Shown here: in pieces, positions 12,016 to 26,500 of the stretch | How positions within the stretch are numbered: the first letter of the stretch is position 1 | Layout of the letters: each line of letters opens with the position of its first letter | NCBI RefSeq assembly: GCF_018977255.1 | Contig: NW_024704743.1 | Span: 16,122,001-16,186,000, forward strand | Reading direction: 5' to 3' | From: Callorhinchus milii | Taxonomy: Eukaryota | Length of the DNA stretch: 64,000 nt | Position numbers and translations under genes: made by a program | The notes under the pieces: generated by a model | Databases searched by the model: none | Seen by the model: only the letters and a program-made list of their open reading frames with translations | What the model was told of the DNA's origin: nothing

Positions 12016-12614
12016 AATCAAGAAAGATACCTTCCCATCAGCATTTAGACATGAGCTGGCTATCACTATGCCTCTGATTCAACAACAAATCCAACAAATG
12101 TACCGGTGCTGATGGACAGGTTTCTTTATTGTGAAGGACTGAGCCTTTATTTCTATATTTTGTTGCTTTCATATTACCCAACTGCTGAGCTCTAGTGATG
12201 TTGTTTGGTAATTATTATTGGATATTTTCTTGCCTTCAAATCTCTTTCCCTCTGTTTTGTAACTAGGTATGTTAACAGGATATAAAGAGGCCATTTGACC
12301 CATGGTAGCTCGCTTGCTTGCTCGCAGAAGCTATTTGCTCTAATCCCATTCTCTTGCTCTTTCCCCATAACTGTAATGTTATTTCTTTCCTGAAGCATTT
12401 ATTCAATTCCCTTTAAAATGCTGTTAAGGACTTGGCTTCAACAGACATTTGTGGTAAAGCATTCCACATTATAGCAGGTAAATTGTGTAACTACATCTAA
12501 ACTGTGTAAATACATCTAACCTCCTTTTTCACTTCTGGTGTTAACTTCAATTTATACCCACTTGTTACTGTTTCACTGATCAGACTCTCACTGTTTAAAA
12601 ACCCTGTTATAATA

Positions 12615-12970
12615 ATAATCCTTATAATAATAAGCATTTGATATAGTGTCTTACCACGTCGTTGAAACGTCTCAAAGCGCTTCACCAGATTTGCAGCCAA
12701 TTGTGCACTGCCATGTCTCACAAAAAACAGTGAGTGACCAATTTTTTTGATTTGGGAGGAATTGTTGGCAGGACACCGGGTGAAACTCCTTTCTCTTTTC
12801 GAATAGTGCCATAGGATCTTTAAAATCCACCTAATCTGGCAGATGGGACCTCAGATTAACTTCACTTCCGAAGGACGGCACCTCCAACAATGCAACACTT
12901 CCAGCACTGCATTGGAGTATTAGCTTATACTATGTGATACGAAAGCGAGGCTGACTGAGCCAGGCTGACA
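12615..12970 (-). mobile_element. Deu-domain SINE
   Basis: gaatagtgccataggatcttta...gaaggacggcacctcc is the reverse-complement core. Confidence 0.78.
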
Positions 12971-13904
12971 GATTCTAGGAGTATAAGAGGTAAAATTTGC
13001 AGCATTTCACACTCTCAATAATTTCAATCCACAGTGGAGATCAGAATCGTCAGGTTCTGAGCCTTGCTCAGTCAACACTCCAGTCAGAAGGTTGTGCGTT
13101 CAAGCTCACGTTGAGACTTCGAGATCACGATGTAGGCTGACTCCTGCAGAGGGAATTCAAGAAATCAGGAGCATCGTAGCTGGTACCGATGGTTGTATGG
13201 AGGGGTGTGCGGACGCACAGAAAACCCGATTTAGCTGAGCAAGAGGCAGACAATTGGCATCATCAGTCTAATAATAAGGTACAGATATTCGCATTCTGTT
13301 AACAGGACCTGGTTCTTCCACAAAAATCAGGGCCAGTTGTCCTCTGCCCTTTCATAGTGTGTCAGTGCTTTGTATATCTACTGGAGCTGCTGACTTGAAA
13401 AAAAATAGTTCAAGTGGCAGTGTGAGGAGCAGTCATATGTGGCGATCAGTTTCTGTACTCTGCTCACATTTGTTGTTTTTCCTCCTGAAGGCTCCCATTT
13501 CTAGGTAGTTTCAGATGCATTTGATTGGATTTTTTAACAGAGAGCCTGCAACCTAGGCTGTATCATTGAAAGTAACTGTCAATTTTTTTTTGGTCAGCCG
13601 GGTGTCTGACACATGGGGAAACCTATTACAATGTTTAAGAGTATCCCAACCAGACTGAGAAGTCCACGTATGTATGCCACCTACACACGGAAATTTCCCT
13701 TTCAAAGTGGACTCCAAGCCCTGGATATATGAACATGTGTTTATGAATCTGGACTCCAGGCAACTCCTCCAGCAGCTGTTTTCACAAGCCTCGGGTTTCC
13801 ACTGTTCCAGAGTTCCTCATCAGCAGTCTGATGGACGACTGCCTCCTGTGTGGTGGGAGGACCTATTGTCAGTAGTGGAGCCCGATCCAGGTCTCACAAG
13901 TGCC

Positions 13905-14225
13905 TGCTAACCCCTTACCGCCTGTCTGCTCCCTCAGCTTGGCAGACTCTGGTCTGCTCCATGCCCCCTGCCCTGCCTGCCCCACAATCGACTGTCGGAC
14001 ATTCTGCCTTTCTACCCCCATTTATTTGGAACGCCATCCCACAGTTCCTTCGCCTCTCCCCCTCCTTGCCTCCTTCAAGGACCATCTCAAGTCCTTTCTC
14101 TTCGACCGTGCCTTTGGTCACCCTCCTACCCTTGCTGATCCCAACCTGCAGCATATCCTTGACTGTCCAGCAACTCGAGACGGCCTCCTAACATGAAAGG
14201 CGCCATACACATGTAATTCGTTGCC
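13905..14225 (+). mobile_element. Older L2 3' fragment
   Basis: IWNAIP..LRL and SFKDHLKSFLFDRAFG remnants, with an L2-type tail. Confidence 0.8.
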
Positions 14226-17200
14226 AATTTCTAACAGGATTCCAAACAAGGAATCCACATGAGGACCCTTTCCATGACCGGAAGATCATCACACACGTCG
14301 TGACGACTTGTGGAATCTCCACTCCAAAAACAGATTCTTTATTGAAGGAATTACCGTGTATTGGAGCCCCTACAGGGAAGAGCAGTGCCATTATTTGATA
14401 AACAAACAAATCAGTTTCTGTAAAATGTATGTTGTAAATCACCCTATTAGAATCATAAGAGCATGCTATGAGGTTGTTATGACCTGCTCCTGCTCACTCT
14501 ATTTTAACAAGGGAAAGACAGCAATAATGTAACATTTCTATTGTGTGGCCAGCTCTCTTTTCACATTTAGAGAAATTAATAAACCTGCCAACCTTCCAGC
14601 ACGGGCGATCAGTCACCTCTTGACTGCAGACGGACGTGGTGCCTTCACCAATGTCGCTGTAATCTCCTGCTGCCTGGAAAGGCTCAGCCGAAAGAAAAAT
14701 AATGACTGCTGTTACTTTACCAGTGACAGACAGAGCAGATGGAGTCGCTCAGGATTCTTCTAAACCTGGAGACAGCAATGCACATATCTGTGTAATTAGC
14801 TCCCCGGTGAATCAAAGTCTGCTTATATACTCCTTTGTTAAAGCCAGGAGGCAATTCATGTGTGTGCTCTACAACCTTTCACCTGACTAAGGACTTCTCC
14901 TTGGGAGCCTCATACAGTATGTGTCCTTTCTGTCTATCCTTAGGATGCACAGTGGCTGCTGCAACCAACAGTGTGGACTTACGCACCACCTTAGGAGCAA
15001 ACATTGACACTAATTATAGTAGACAAAGGGGGCTTCCTGCTATGTTTTAGATCTTTACAGTTCCACAATATCTGAAAAACTAGAAATCTCCTGGTTGGCT
15101 CCCGTTATCGCCTTCTCACCTCCGTTGCTGGCTATATCAACCTGTACAGATGCTCGCTCCATCTCACAGAGCTGGTGTAGAACCTCACTAACACCTATTT
15201 TCTGACCGTGCTTTTGGTCATCGTCCACCACCCCAATCCCCCCACACCCCCAACTCAGGTTCCCTAGTCAGGCTCCAATAAGTGGTTTGAGATGTCCTCC
15301 CGACGCGAAAGACATGTGTAAAGGTAACTTGTTTTTGTTTATTGAAATTATGTGAATAACCAAGCAGGTGGGGAGAGGGCAGGGGGTATGAAGATGTTGC
15401 AGAAGGGCATAGTTAAAGGGGAACAAAGTTGTTCCAACCATCATCTGTCTTCTGGGGGTTGACCTGCTCACCGAGTCGGCCAAAATAAAGTGGCATCCTG
15501 GAAAACAGGCGTCACATCCAACAGTGGCGTCTTGGTCAGAAAGCACACATTGGGTACATTGCAGATCACTCACACATCCAACAACAACAACTTGCACTTA
15601 CATAGCACCCTCCACACAGTGTAGAGTCTCAGAGAGCTTGCTCACCAACACACCAAAGGGCCTGGAGTCAACACAGGAATAGCAATATAATAACAATAAT
15701 TCTATGTTTGGAACAGTGCCCTTCACATTGGGAGGACGTCCCAAATGTATAGCCATTTCCAACCAAATAACTCATTAAGAAAAGTTCTCCAGAACTTGGC
15801 TTTTGGATTAATGCCTCCTGTCCAACATCCCCACACGCAACAGCCCAGGGGTACCCATGGAAAGTGGACAAGCTGGTTCAGATTGCCGATTTACAATGTT
15901 TTTCCCTCGCTTATTCTCTCCAGGACATTTTTTAAAACTGTGCCATTGTCAATATTGATTATTAATTACACAAAGCTGAGGGTTTTATAGTTTGTTTATC
16001 ACATGTGAGACTGAACTTCTTAAACTCCCAAATGGTATGGATGTGACAAAGGCTTATATAATTGAAACACAACCTTCTCCGGCAGTGCCCACAATCACTG
16101 AGGATGTAGCACTTTTCCTCATGGATGATGTCTCACTTACGTAATGCCAATGATACTACCAAACTCTGATAGAGTACCAATCTGCTTATAGTTTAATAAA
16201 TCCATTCACCTGTGTGGAGCTTTAGACTTGGTTGGACATCATTATATTGGTGAGGTTCAACCCATAGAACATGAGTGCCGAATCCCATTGTAACTTCACA
16301 GTCACAGAAAGTTTGCAGTACAGAAAGTGGGTGTGTGGCCAAATGTGCCCATGCTCGTGCCAGCTGCCCATTCCCTCCTCTGGAGCTACCTATTCTGATC
16401 TCATTCTCTGTCCTTTCCTTATGTCTTTTAATATAATAAAAAATAATAAAAATAATAATTTAGTCACTCAATTCATTGACTTTGTGGTACACTATGGTGT
16501 GCAATTAACTTCCGTGTTTCGCCCACAAAGTACACAGTCACTACACTGTCTTACAGTATATTCTGTGAAGCACAATGTGATGTCTCAATGATGTGATAAG
16601 GCTCTATATCAAATGCAAGAATTATTATTATTATATCTTCAAGTATTTATCCAATTCCCTTTGAAAAGCTGTCATGTACTTGGCTTTTTGTGGATCAGCC
16701 TTTGTAGCTTCTGACACATGTGGTTAAGAGTATCCAAACCAGACTGAGAGCTCTATGAATCCACCTACATATTGGAAATTCCCATGTTTTGGCTTGGTTT
16801 TGGGGTTTTAATTTGGCTTCATCAGCCACTTGTTGTAAAACATTTCATATTTTAATAACCCTCTATGTAAATTTTGAATAAACTTCCCCCTTTTACTGTT
16901 GGTGATTATCCTTTTGTTATTGACATAATGTTTGGTTGAAATAGATTCTCTATTTACCCTCTCAATGCCATTATATTATGTTAAAAATCCTCCCTCTCTG
17001 TTACACCGAAAAAGTCATAACTTTTCTAGTTGTCTGCTGTTCCTCTTCTTGGTTGTGGTATCTATTGGGTAATGAGATCAGATGTAACTGGAAAAGTGCT
17101 ATATCCACAGTGATTGTGGGTATTGGGAGAGATATTCCACCGAGGACTCGATTTATTACATTTTTGTAGCATTTCAGAGGGAGCAGAATTTTAACAGTCT

Positions 17201-18232
17201 TAAATGTAGGCTTTAGAAGAGTCTGCTTAAATCATCTTAAAAATTAAATAATAAATAGAGGAAACAATAATCCTTGCATTTTATGTAGTAACTTTCATTT
17301 CAGGAGAATATATCAGGATCTACATATCAGGATCTGTAAAGTGTAGTGACTGCATATTTGGCAACAGCCAATTTACGCACAGGTATGTCCACAAACACCA
17401 TGAAATAAATGATCAATCTTATCTGGGGGACTGTTGGCCAGGACACAGGGAGAAACTCCCCTCTCTTTTTGATCAACCCTTTATTTAATAATTTTTCAAA
17501 TTCTGCGTGCTCTGAAATGATAAGAAATTACAGAAACTTTAGACTTGGGTGGAATTTTTGCCAAACATTTCTTTGGGTCAGAAAATCCTACTGTAAATTT
17601 CTATTTGACAGAAATACTATATTTTCATTGTCTGTCAATGTGGTTTTCATTGATATAATCTATCTTTACTGTCTATATTGTCTTTACTATAAGTAAAATA
17701 AATTAAATCTCAGATTGTCTCCATTAAAAAAAAGTTAATATTTTGAAAAATTACATTGAAACTGAATTCTTGTCGTCTTTAGTTACTGGGATGTATCACA
17801 TTTCCACATGTACTCCAGCTTTTAAATGTCTGAAACAAGATCATGACCTTCAGCCACATGAATTAATTCACCAACAGAAATACTCAAATTGCAATTGACA
17901 TATTGATCCCTAAGTGTTTGCCATAATGGCCTTTGAGGGTTTGGGGCTTGGAACAGGCAATAAAACAACTGTATTCTGCAACCATTGTTCATGAAACACA
18001 ATACAAATTTGTGAAATGGATACACTGTCCATTAATACTTAGTAAATAGAGGACTCTTCCGTGTCTAAGAAGCCATTCAATTTATCAATTCCATGAATGA
18101 TTTGAGAATGTGAGCACAGTGAGAAACTACAGCAGTGCTGATCTCACAGAAAGTAGGACAAGGAGCTTACACACCTGGTCAGTATCGCAGAGATGGACAC
18201 AAGGTACAGNTTTTTTTACAACAACTACAGCT

Positions 18233-18445
18233 GTGGAGTCCTGTAGCTCAGTGGTTAAGGCACTCATCTTGCAAGCGAGAGACCTGGGTTCAATTCCTGG
18301 CAGGGCAAAACCTTAGGCAAGTTTCCTTACTCTACACGTCTGTTTATCTAGCAGTAAGTAGGAACCCAGTTGTTAGTCAATTGACTGATCGCTTTTAAGG
18401 GGGTAATAATTCCTTAAAAAAAATTGGTCACTCAATCCATGACTG
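18233..18445 (+). mobile_element. tRNA-derived SINE, long form (5' part)
   Basis: A/B boxes plus the central tgtttatctagcagtaagtaggaacccagttgttagtc segment. Confidence 0.85.
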
Positions 18446-20469
18446 GGAGGATGTCCCAAGGCATTGGACAGTCAGGGATTTGGCCCCAAGCTGGGGGTTG
18501 GGATCAGGAGCCGTGGAGGGCAAAAGGGAAGGAGGGTGACAAAAGACACAGTGGAAAAAGAGGGTCTTGAATTGAGGTCCTGTTAAAAGTTTCAGGATTA
18601 CTGTATGAAAAGGGAAGAGTTTTTTTTCCCAATATCCTGGCTAATAATTTTTCGGACTAATTGGTCATTCACCCCATGGCCAACAATTTTCTAGATTAAC
18701 TGGCTGTTTGCAGGACCTTGTGGGCAATACTGCTGCTGTATTTGTTGACTAAAACAGACACTAAATGTGACAATGATTACTTGCAAAACACTGGAAGGAC
18801 GATAAGGTGCTATATATAGAAAAACAAGTTCTTTCTTTCTTCAGATGACAAGTAGTTGATAGAAATATAGTTCTAGTTGGATTGTTGACTCATGTATATG
18901 TAATAAGTACTATATCCCAGAAGGGGCCATATCCACATATGTCCCACAAACAGCCAATTAATCTGGAAATTTGTTGAAGATTGCGGTGAATGACCAATAT
19001 TCAGTGGTATGAGACATGCATACGAAGTGTCATGTATATAGAGTGAATAATTTGTATTGTATTTGTATCGAGCTTCTAACTTCAAAATGTTTCAAAGTGC
19101 TTCCCAGGGAATTGCTGTCAAGTTTGGAGTTTGTGTATTTGTGACATAAGAATAATAATAATAATCCTGGCATTTGATATAGCACCTTATCCTTGTTGAA
19201 ACGTCTCAAAGCGCTTCACAGAATATATTGTAAAGTGGATTGACCGTGCATATTGTGGGCGAAACGCGGCAGCCAGTCGCACACAGCAGTATTCCACAAA
19301 CAGTTGAGGATTGAGTGACCAACATTTTTTTGTTGGAGAGATTATTATCCCCGGAAAGCGATCCACCATCGACTAACAACCGGGTTCCTAATCAATTCTA
19401 GGCAGACATGTCAACAAAGGAAGGTAATAGAGTCACAAATATTCATAATATTATCAGGTGCCATAATGAGTGTGTCAATGTACTAGACGAATGAGGTATG
19501 GTGAACACAATGGCCTTTTCTTAACTTCAACTTTTCCCATGTTTTTAAAGTAAATGTAGATATCTAGAGATTTCCAGAGAATGTAACTGTATTTCAGTCC
19601 TGCAGATGGCACCAAACCATTCATTCTGTTCAACATTTTGCAGCTTGGCGATGTATCACATTCACAGTTTCAACAACCGTGATAAAACTATAGTACTCTC
19701 CACATCTCAGATAAGATTCTTTGAGTATTAATACATCCTTAAAGCTCTATGCCTGAAAGATTTAAAATCAACAAACCCTGCTTTGGTCTCCTTTCATCCC
19801 ATGTTGGAAATGTCTTTAGATCTTTAGATATCTTCACATTGGTGCAGATTGAGGAGAGAGAAGCCAGATTGAGGAACATTTGCGAGATACTCTAAAATAT
19901 GAATGGGTGCCACCTCTTCAGTCTATCCTCGCTACAGGTCAGCTATGCGCTGCTTGAGTCAATACATTCTCTAACACCTTTGAGCAAACAATGGGGTTTG
20001 GGGTGCAACATTTACCTGTTAGTGCTCTGATAATAATTTACAATATAAATTTACTTCTATACAACACTTTTCACATCAGGAGGACGTCCCATTAATCTAA
20101 ACAATGTTATCTTGATTTCTGGTACCTGAAAGAAATTATGGTATTCACTATGAAATTTGATTAAAAAAATTTTAGTTAAAACAATGGGAAAATATTCTGA
20201 TCTCAAAGGCTCACACAATCCCCTGGATAATATTGGTCATTCACTTCATGGCTTTTTGTGATAAAATCGGCTACCGCATTCGTCTATAAATACAGTCACT
20301 ACACTTCACAGTAGATTTTGAGACATTCTCCTGATGTAAAAGGTGGTATACTAAATGCAAAGATCATTATTGTTATTATATAGTGCTTATAATGTTGAAT
20401 TGTCTGTCTGAAAGCACTTAACAGTAAATTATTGTCAAGTATAGTGACTGTGTCAGGACTGTAAGTATC

Positions 20470-20760
20470 AACAAAAACAACAAATTACATTTCTGTAGCG
20501 CCTTTCATGTCAGGAGGATGTCCCAAGGCGCTGGACAGTCAGGGATTTGGATCTGAGCAGAGGGTTGGGATCAGGGAGGGTGAAGGGCAGGGAGGATAGG
20601 AGTAGAAGGGTGACCGAAGTCGTGATCGAAGAGGAAGGTCTTGAGGTGTGCCTTGAAGGAGGCAAGGGAGGGAGCAAGGCAAAAGGACTGTGTGATGGAG
20701 TTTCAAAGGGTGGGGACAGAGTGGCTGAAGGCCCGACCTCTGATGGTGGAGCGGGCCGGA
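20470..20760 (-). mobile_element. L2 3' fragment
   Basis: Reverse complement of the L2 3' end (ccttcaaggcacacctcaagaccttcctcttcga...gggacatcctcctgacatgaaaggcgct). Confidence 0.8.
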
Positions 20761-22344
20761 TGGGGGATCAATTTTATCTGGAAGATCGTTGGCCAAGACA
20801 CTGGAAGAAATTCCCTGATCTTTTTGAATAGTGTCAATGTTTATCTGAATAGCCAATGGGTCTTGTGGTAAGAAAATTCCACCTCATTGGAGATACAGTC
20901 CAGACTGTGAGCGTAGAGCCTCTACATGAGGGTTTGAATCCACACCAAGAAATGCAAAGCAACTGCAATTGGATGTTGTTTATCACTCTTAAAAAAATTC
21001 ATATTCATTCATCCTCACTGCGTGAAAGGTGCTATACAAATGTAATTTGTTTGTTTGTGTTGTTGTTGAAAACTAGTGGTAAAGTGTCACATTTATCCTG
21101 CCAGTGGAGCTCTCTTCCAGATTGGCTGGAACCTTCTCCCTTACCTTTGGAATTTCAAACACACAGTTAACTTTTACCTATTGAATCAGGGCTCTTGGAG
21201 CCTGCAGTGTGTCACGGGAAGGCTGACTTGCCTGTTGCTGCCCCAGCACAAAATTTCCTGTGTCTTTTGCACGCTCAGCATCCCACATAAGTTAATTTTG
21301 TGAGACATCTGTCTCTGTCACCAGTTGCCTCCAGCTTATACTACCAATGTACCAAAAAAAATAAAAACAGTGCAGAATATCTGAGTTTTTGCTGTGGGAG
21401 ATTTCAAACAACTGATTATTCAACGAGTTTTTTCAAATGTCTGTATTCCTGGTTGGCAATCATGGTTTATCAAGTTGTCATTAAAATTAAATTGGGTTTT
21501 ATTGCAGGATCTTCTATAATGCATGCATGTGATTATAAAATGTTAACACTTGGGGAAATTGCACTCCTTGTAAGGGATAAGAATATGATCTCTTGCATCT
21601 ATGCTTATTAAAAGATCAGCTCGGCTAGTGGCTTGCATTCCTTTTCACACCCCAATGATCAAAATGATACTCTGATCACACCAAGAAATATTATTTCTCC
21701 CGCATTAACACATAATAAATTAATGTGCTGCACAGATATGTTTGTCACTTATCTTACCTTTATTGTGATATACATTATTTGAAGTTAACTGAGAGTACAA
21801 GGACAAGACTCATATACAGGAAATTAATGCTTACTATTAGCTTTCAAGTGTTGGGACTTATAATCACAATCCTTGCATTTGATAATGTGCAACACCCTAT
21901 ATCAGATTCAAGGATTATTATAAGTGATATTTTGACATTATGATGATGCGTGTCAGTCTGGCTCAGTGGTAGCTCTCTAACCTCAGTTGTGGGTTCAAGC
22001 CCTCAGGATCGAGACTTTGAACCACATTATCTAAGCTGGCACTCCACTGCAATGCTGGGGAAGAGTTAAATTGTTGGAGGTACCGTCCTTCGGATGAGAC
22101 GTTTAAACCGAGGCCCTGTCTGCCTGAAACGCTCACATCACAGTTTCACCCACAAAGTACACAGTCAAACTCACTTTACAATACCTGCCCGACCTGCTGA
22201 GTGGTCCCAGCGCCTTCTGCTTTCGTTACAGTATATCCTATGAAGCGCTTTGAGATGTCTCGACAACATGATAAAGTGCTATATCAAATGCAAGGATAAA
22301 TGCAAGGATTACTTATTATTATCACAATGTCAAAACATCAAATG

Positions 22345-22705
22345 ATTTACTGTAAAGTGTAGTGACTGCGCATTATGTAGACGATTGGGGCAGTCAACTT
22401 GTACACAGCAGTGTCCTGTAAACCGCCATAAAGTGAATGGCCAATTTTATCTGGGGGATTTGTTAACCAGGACACCAGGAGAAACTCCCTTCTCTTTCTA
22501 AATAATACCATGGGATCTTTAACATCTATTTGAACAGGTAGACGGGATGTTGTGTTTAACGTGGCATCTCCAATAATGCAGCACTTCCCACAATGCTGTA
22601 TTTGAGTGTCAATCTGGACTGTGAGGTCAAAGTGCCAATGCGATGCTTGATTCACAACCTCCTGACTCAGAGGAGAGTTACATTACCAACTGAGCCAGGT
22701 TGACC
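22345..22705 (-). mobile_element. Deu-domain SINE (tail-to-tail with a plus-strand copy at ~21950-22320)
   Basis: caggacaccaggagaaactcc...ccatgggatctttaac core, with the head at 22650-22705. Confidence 0.75.
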
Positions 22706-23989
22706 CTTGCTTTCTTAATTCCATTTTGTGTCGGTACACTTAGTCCTCACTGTTGGTGGACAAAGATGTGACTCCATTAGCGTTTTATTAATATTTTAAA
22801 AATCTCTGGTTAACTTGATTTTTAGGAAGAAGTTTAATTGTTATCCCTTTATCTTTCACAGGGCAGTTAACTGTGTGGTGGCTACTATCATTGCATTTTT
22901 CTACCAGCAGAGGTCAGTGATATGCAGTTAATGACTACAACTATGAATTGAATTGACTGATGTTAGTGGTTTGAAGTCCAATGATAATGTTCTTTTCCCC
23001 TTTCTTGCTAAAATGTGTGATTTATAACTGTTGCCATCTAAACTATACAATGCAGTTTTGAATTCAAATGTGTTTTTCAATGGAAAGTGTCTAAAGGTAC
23101 ATATGTTTTTTTCAATTCAAATGATAGCACTGGACTGATAGAGTTTGATATTTTAACCAATTCACAAGATCATGTCTTTTAAATGTTCATAAAATTAGCT
23201 TTATTGGAACTGAGATTAGGATGGTTTCTCTCTCTTGTGTGTTTATTATCTGTACTTTATGGAAGATGAGGATGTTCACACTGGAGAAGAGAAGACTGGG
23301 AGAGATCTTATAATACAATAATTAAAGTAAAATAAATTTATATGGCGCTGTTCACTTTGGGAGGACGTCCAGAGCCATTTAACAATACTGCCATTGCACT
23401 CCTCGACCTGGGGGTGGGAGGCCGAGGGAGGGGGGTAGTTAGGTAGTTAAGGCAAAGATGTTCAAAAGTACGGTCAAAGAGAATAAGTTAAGGAACATGT
23501 TAAGGAATATCACACATTTCACCAGCTATTCTGGGATTTTCCAAATCTTGCAATTTTACATCCCAGTATGTTTAAGAAGATCTCCAAATCGCCAAAAAGA
23601 CACAAACTGGAAGGTAAACTGGAAGAGAGAAGAGTTCCAGAAGAGTTCCAGATTTCTTTCCTGAAAATGGTAGAATGTGTCAAACAGGTTACCCAGGGGT
23701 GGTGGGGAGGATGGGCAGTGCAGGCAGATTGCAACAGTAATTTCAAGAAGGAATAGATTTCTATTTGGCAAAGAATCAATTGAGAGGTACAAGAGATAAG
23801 AGTAGTGAAGAATCTTTTTACTCTGGAACTGGTCAAATAGCATGCAATATACTTGTCCAGTCCTGTACATATCAATGTTCCCATGCGATTCAGTATCAGT
23901 CTGAAACCAGGGTAAAAAATGCTAAATGTGTCACCTCTAGTCAAGTCCCTCAGGCATTAAACATACTATTATGCGCTACAACATCATCT

Positions 23990-24580
23990 ATCAGCTTGTC
24001 TGGCAAACATCAGGGCCCGGATGAGTGCAAACTTCCTGCAGCTGAATGCGGTCAAGACGGAGGCCATACTCCTTGGCTCCCATCAATGTCTTCACTCCTG
24101 CAGATCTAAACTCCTCAATCTCCCCGAGCTCTCCCTCAGATTCACCGAACCAGTGCACAATCTAGGCGTCCGGTTCAATTCCCAGCTGTCCTTCCTCCCC
24201 GACATCCGGTTCCTGACTAGGAATGCCTTCTTCCACCTCTGCCACACTGCCCGCCTCCAACCGTACCTTACCTCAAATGCAGCTGAAACCTTCGTGCATG
24301 CGTTTGTCATCTCCCACCTGGATTACTCAAACGCACTCTTCGCCGGTCTCCCCAGCCACCATGCACTCCAAGATCCAGCTCATTCAGACCTCCTGCCGTT
24401 CGCATACTGACCGGGACCAAGCTCCGTACCCACATCTCACTGGTTCTGGCCAGGCTCCACTGGCTCCTGAACAGATCGACTTCAACATCCTCACTCTTGT
24501 GTTCAAATCCCTTCACTCTCTGGCACCTCACTGCCTCTCCAACCTCCTCACTCCCCAATCCACCACCCGGCACCTCTGCC
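23990..24580 (+). mobile_element. Older L2 RT C-terminal fragment
   Basis: NFLQLNAVKTEAILLGS...NLGVRF...SHLDYSNALFAGLP. Confidence 0.88.
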
Positions 24581-24807
24581 CATTGATAGGGTGCAATAGA
24601 GATTCAATGCCCCTTTCAACAGTCCATCCTTAAGTGCCTTTAAATCGAGCACAGAATGATGGTAGATCAATGTGACTTGAGACTTATTATGGGCTGTTCC
24701 CATAATAAGACTAAAAATACCCCAAACCTGAATTCTGAAGTGTTATTCCTGAAGCTGCTTGGACCACAGTAGTATTAAAAACAATTTAGAGTCTAAAATA
24801 TATCAAG

Positions 24808-25220
24808 AATAATAAAATCCTTGCATTTTATATAGTGCCTGTAATGTTGAACTGTCTCAACGCAATTCACAGGTAATTGCTGTGACTGTGTATTTATAGA
24901 CGAACGAGGCAGCCAATTTGCACACAGCAATGTTCCTCCAACTGCCATGGGTGAATGACCAATTTGTTTGCTATATTTGCAGATTGGATTAGTTATGTCA
25001 ATTGCAAAGTCTGGTCTGTGATTCACGATTTTGAGATTCAAATATGAAGACAGTGGCTTAACATCTGTTGGCCAGGACACTGGGAGAAACTCATTTCTCC
25101 TTTTGAATTGTGTCATCGGATCTTTAATGTTCCCCTGAACAGTTAAATGGGACCTTGGTTTAATGTCTCATCTGAAGGATGGCACCTCCAAGCAAAGAGT
25201 GTCAGCCCGAACTGTGAGCT
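24808..25220 (-). mobile_element. Deu-domain SINE
   Basis: Core tctcatctgaaggatggcacctcc plus tail. Further copies at ~760-990, 6525-6830, 49300-49620 and 50880-51395. Confidence 0.75.
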
Positions 25221-25510
25221 CAGTTCCCTTTACTGATGCGGTCAGGATGCGGTCAGGGATAGAAGGAATGTTTTAATGAGATGTTTTTTGTGGGACGGAA
25301 ATTTAAGGTGAGGAAATGGTATCTGTGAGATAGTCCAGATGGTTAGAGTTGAAGGAAGGGCTAGGCAAACAAGTGGGTATAAACACAGCTGTTGTCACTC
25401 TACCACATAAAGAGGAAAGAAACAAAGATTAAGAAGAAAAGACACAGAAGAAGAAAACTCCTGCAACTATGTATTCTGTGCACTGGATTGGTAATCTTTC
25501 CTTGCTGTAT

Positions 25511-26500
25511 CAACAACAACACCAAGATTCCATTTATTGAGCGCCTTTCACGTCGGGAGGACGTCCCAAGGCGCTGTACAGTTGGGACAGGACCCGAGCA
25601 TTGGGGGGGAAATGGTCAGGGTGAGGGGAGGGAAGGGAGGGAGCGAGGAGGGGGTAGAGAGTCGAGAGAGGAGCTGAAGGCACGGTCAAAGAGAAAGGTC
25701 TTGAGACCGGCCTTGAAGGAGGAAAGGGAGGAGGCGACGAAGGCACTGGGGGATAGAGTTCCAGAGCCTCGGGGCTGAGAGGCTGAAGGCCCGACCACCG
25801 ATGGTAGGGCGGTTGGGGTGGGGGATGTGGAGCAGACCGGAGCCAGAGGAACGGAGGGTACGGGCAGGTAGGTAGGGGATAGTAGGTCGGAGAGGTAGGA
25901 GGGAGCGAGGCCATGAATGGCCTTGTAGGTGAGGGTGAGGATCTTGAATTCGATCCTCTGGGGGATGGGGAGCCAGTGGAGGTGAGCGAGGGTGGGAGTG
26001 ATGTGGTTCCGAAGCCTGGTGCGGGACAGTACACGAGCTGCAGAGTTCTGAATGACCTGCAGCTTGTGGAGGGAGGTGCCGGGAAGGCCGGCGAGGAGAG
26101 AGTTTGCATAGTCCAGCCTTGAGGTGATGAAGGCGTGGACCAGAGTTTCAGCAGCGTGAGGGGTGAGGGAGTGCCGTAGTCTGGCGACATTCCGGAGGTG
26201 ATGGAAGGCGGTGCCAGTTGTGGTGCGGATATGAGGGAGAAAGGACAGCTCAGGGTCGAACAGAACCCCGAGATTCCTGATTGGCTTTGAGAGGTGGAGA
26301 GTGCAGCCTTGGATGCTGATGGTGTCAGTGCCTGAGGTGCGGAGGCGCTGACGTGAGCCAATCAGGAGGGCCTCAGTTTTGCGCACGTTGAGCTGAAGAA
26401 AGTTATCTCTTGTCCAGGACTCGATGTCGGACAGGCAGCTGTCAGGACATCGGTGGTCATGGAGTTGAGGGTAGAGGAGGAAAGGTAGAGTTGGGTATTA
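25511..26500 (-). mobile_element. 5'-truncated young L2 (same subfamily as 37805-41149)
   Basis: Near-identical to 40200-41149. [17 protein letters not shown]...SRLDYANSLLAG...LHWLPI. Confidence 0.95.
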
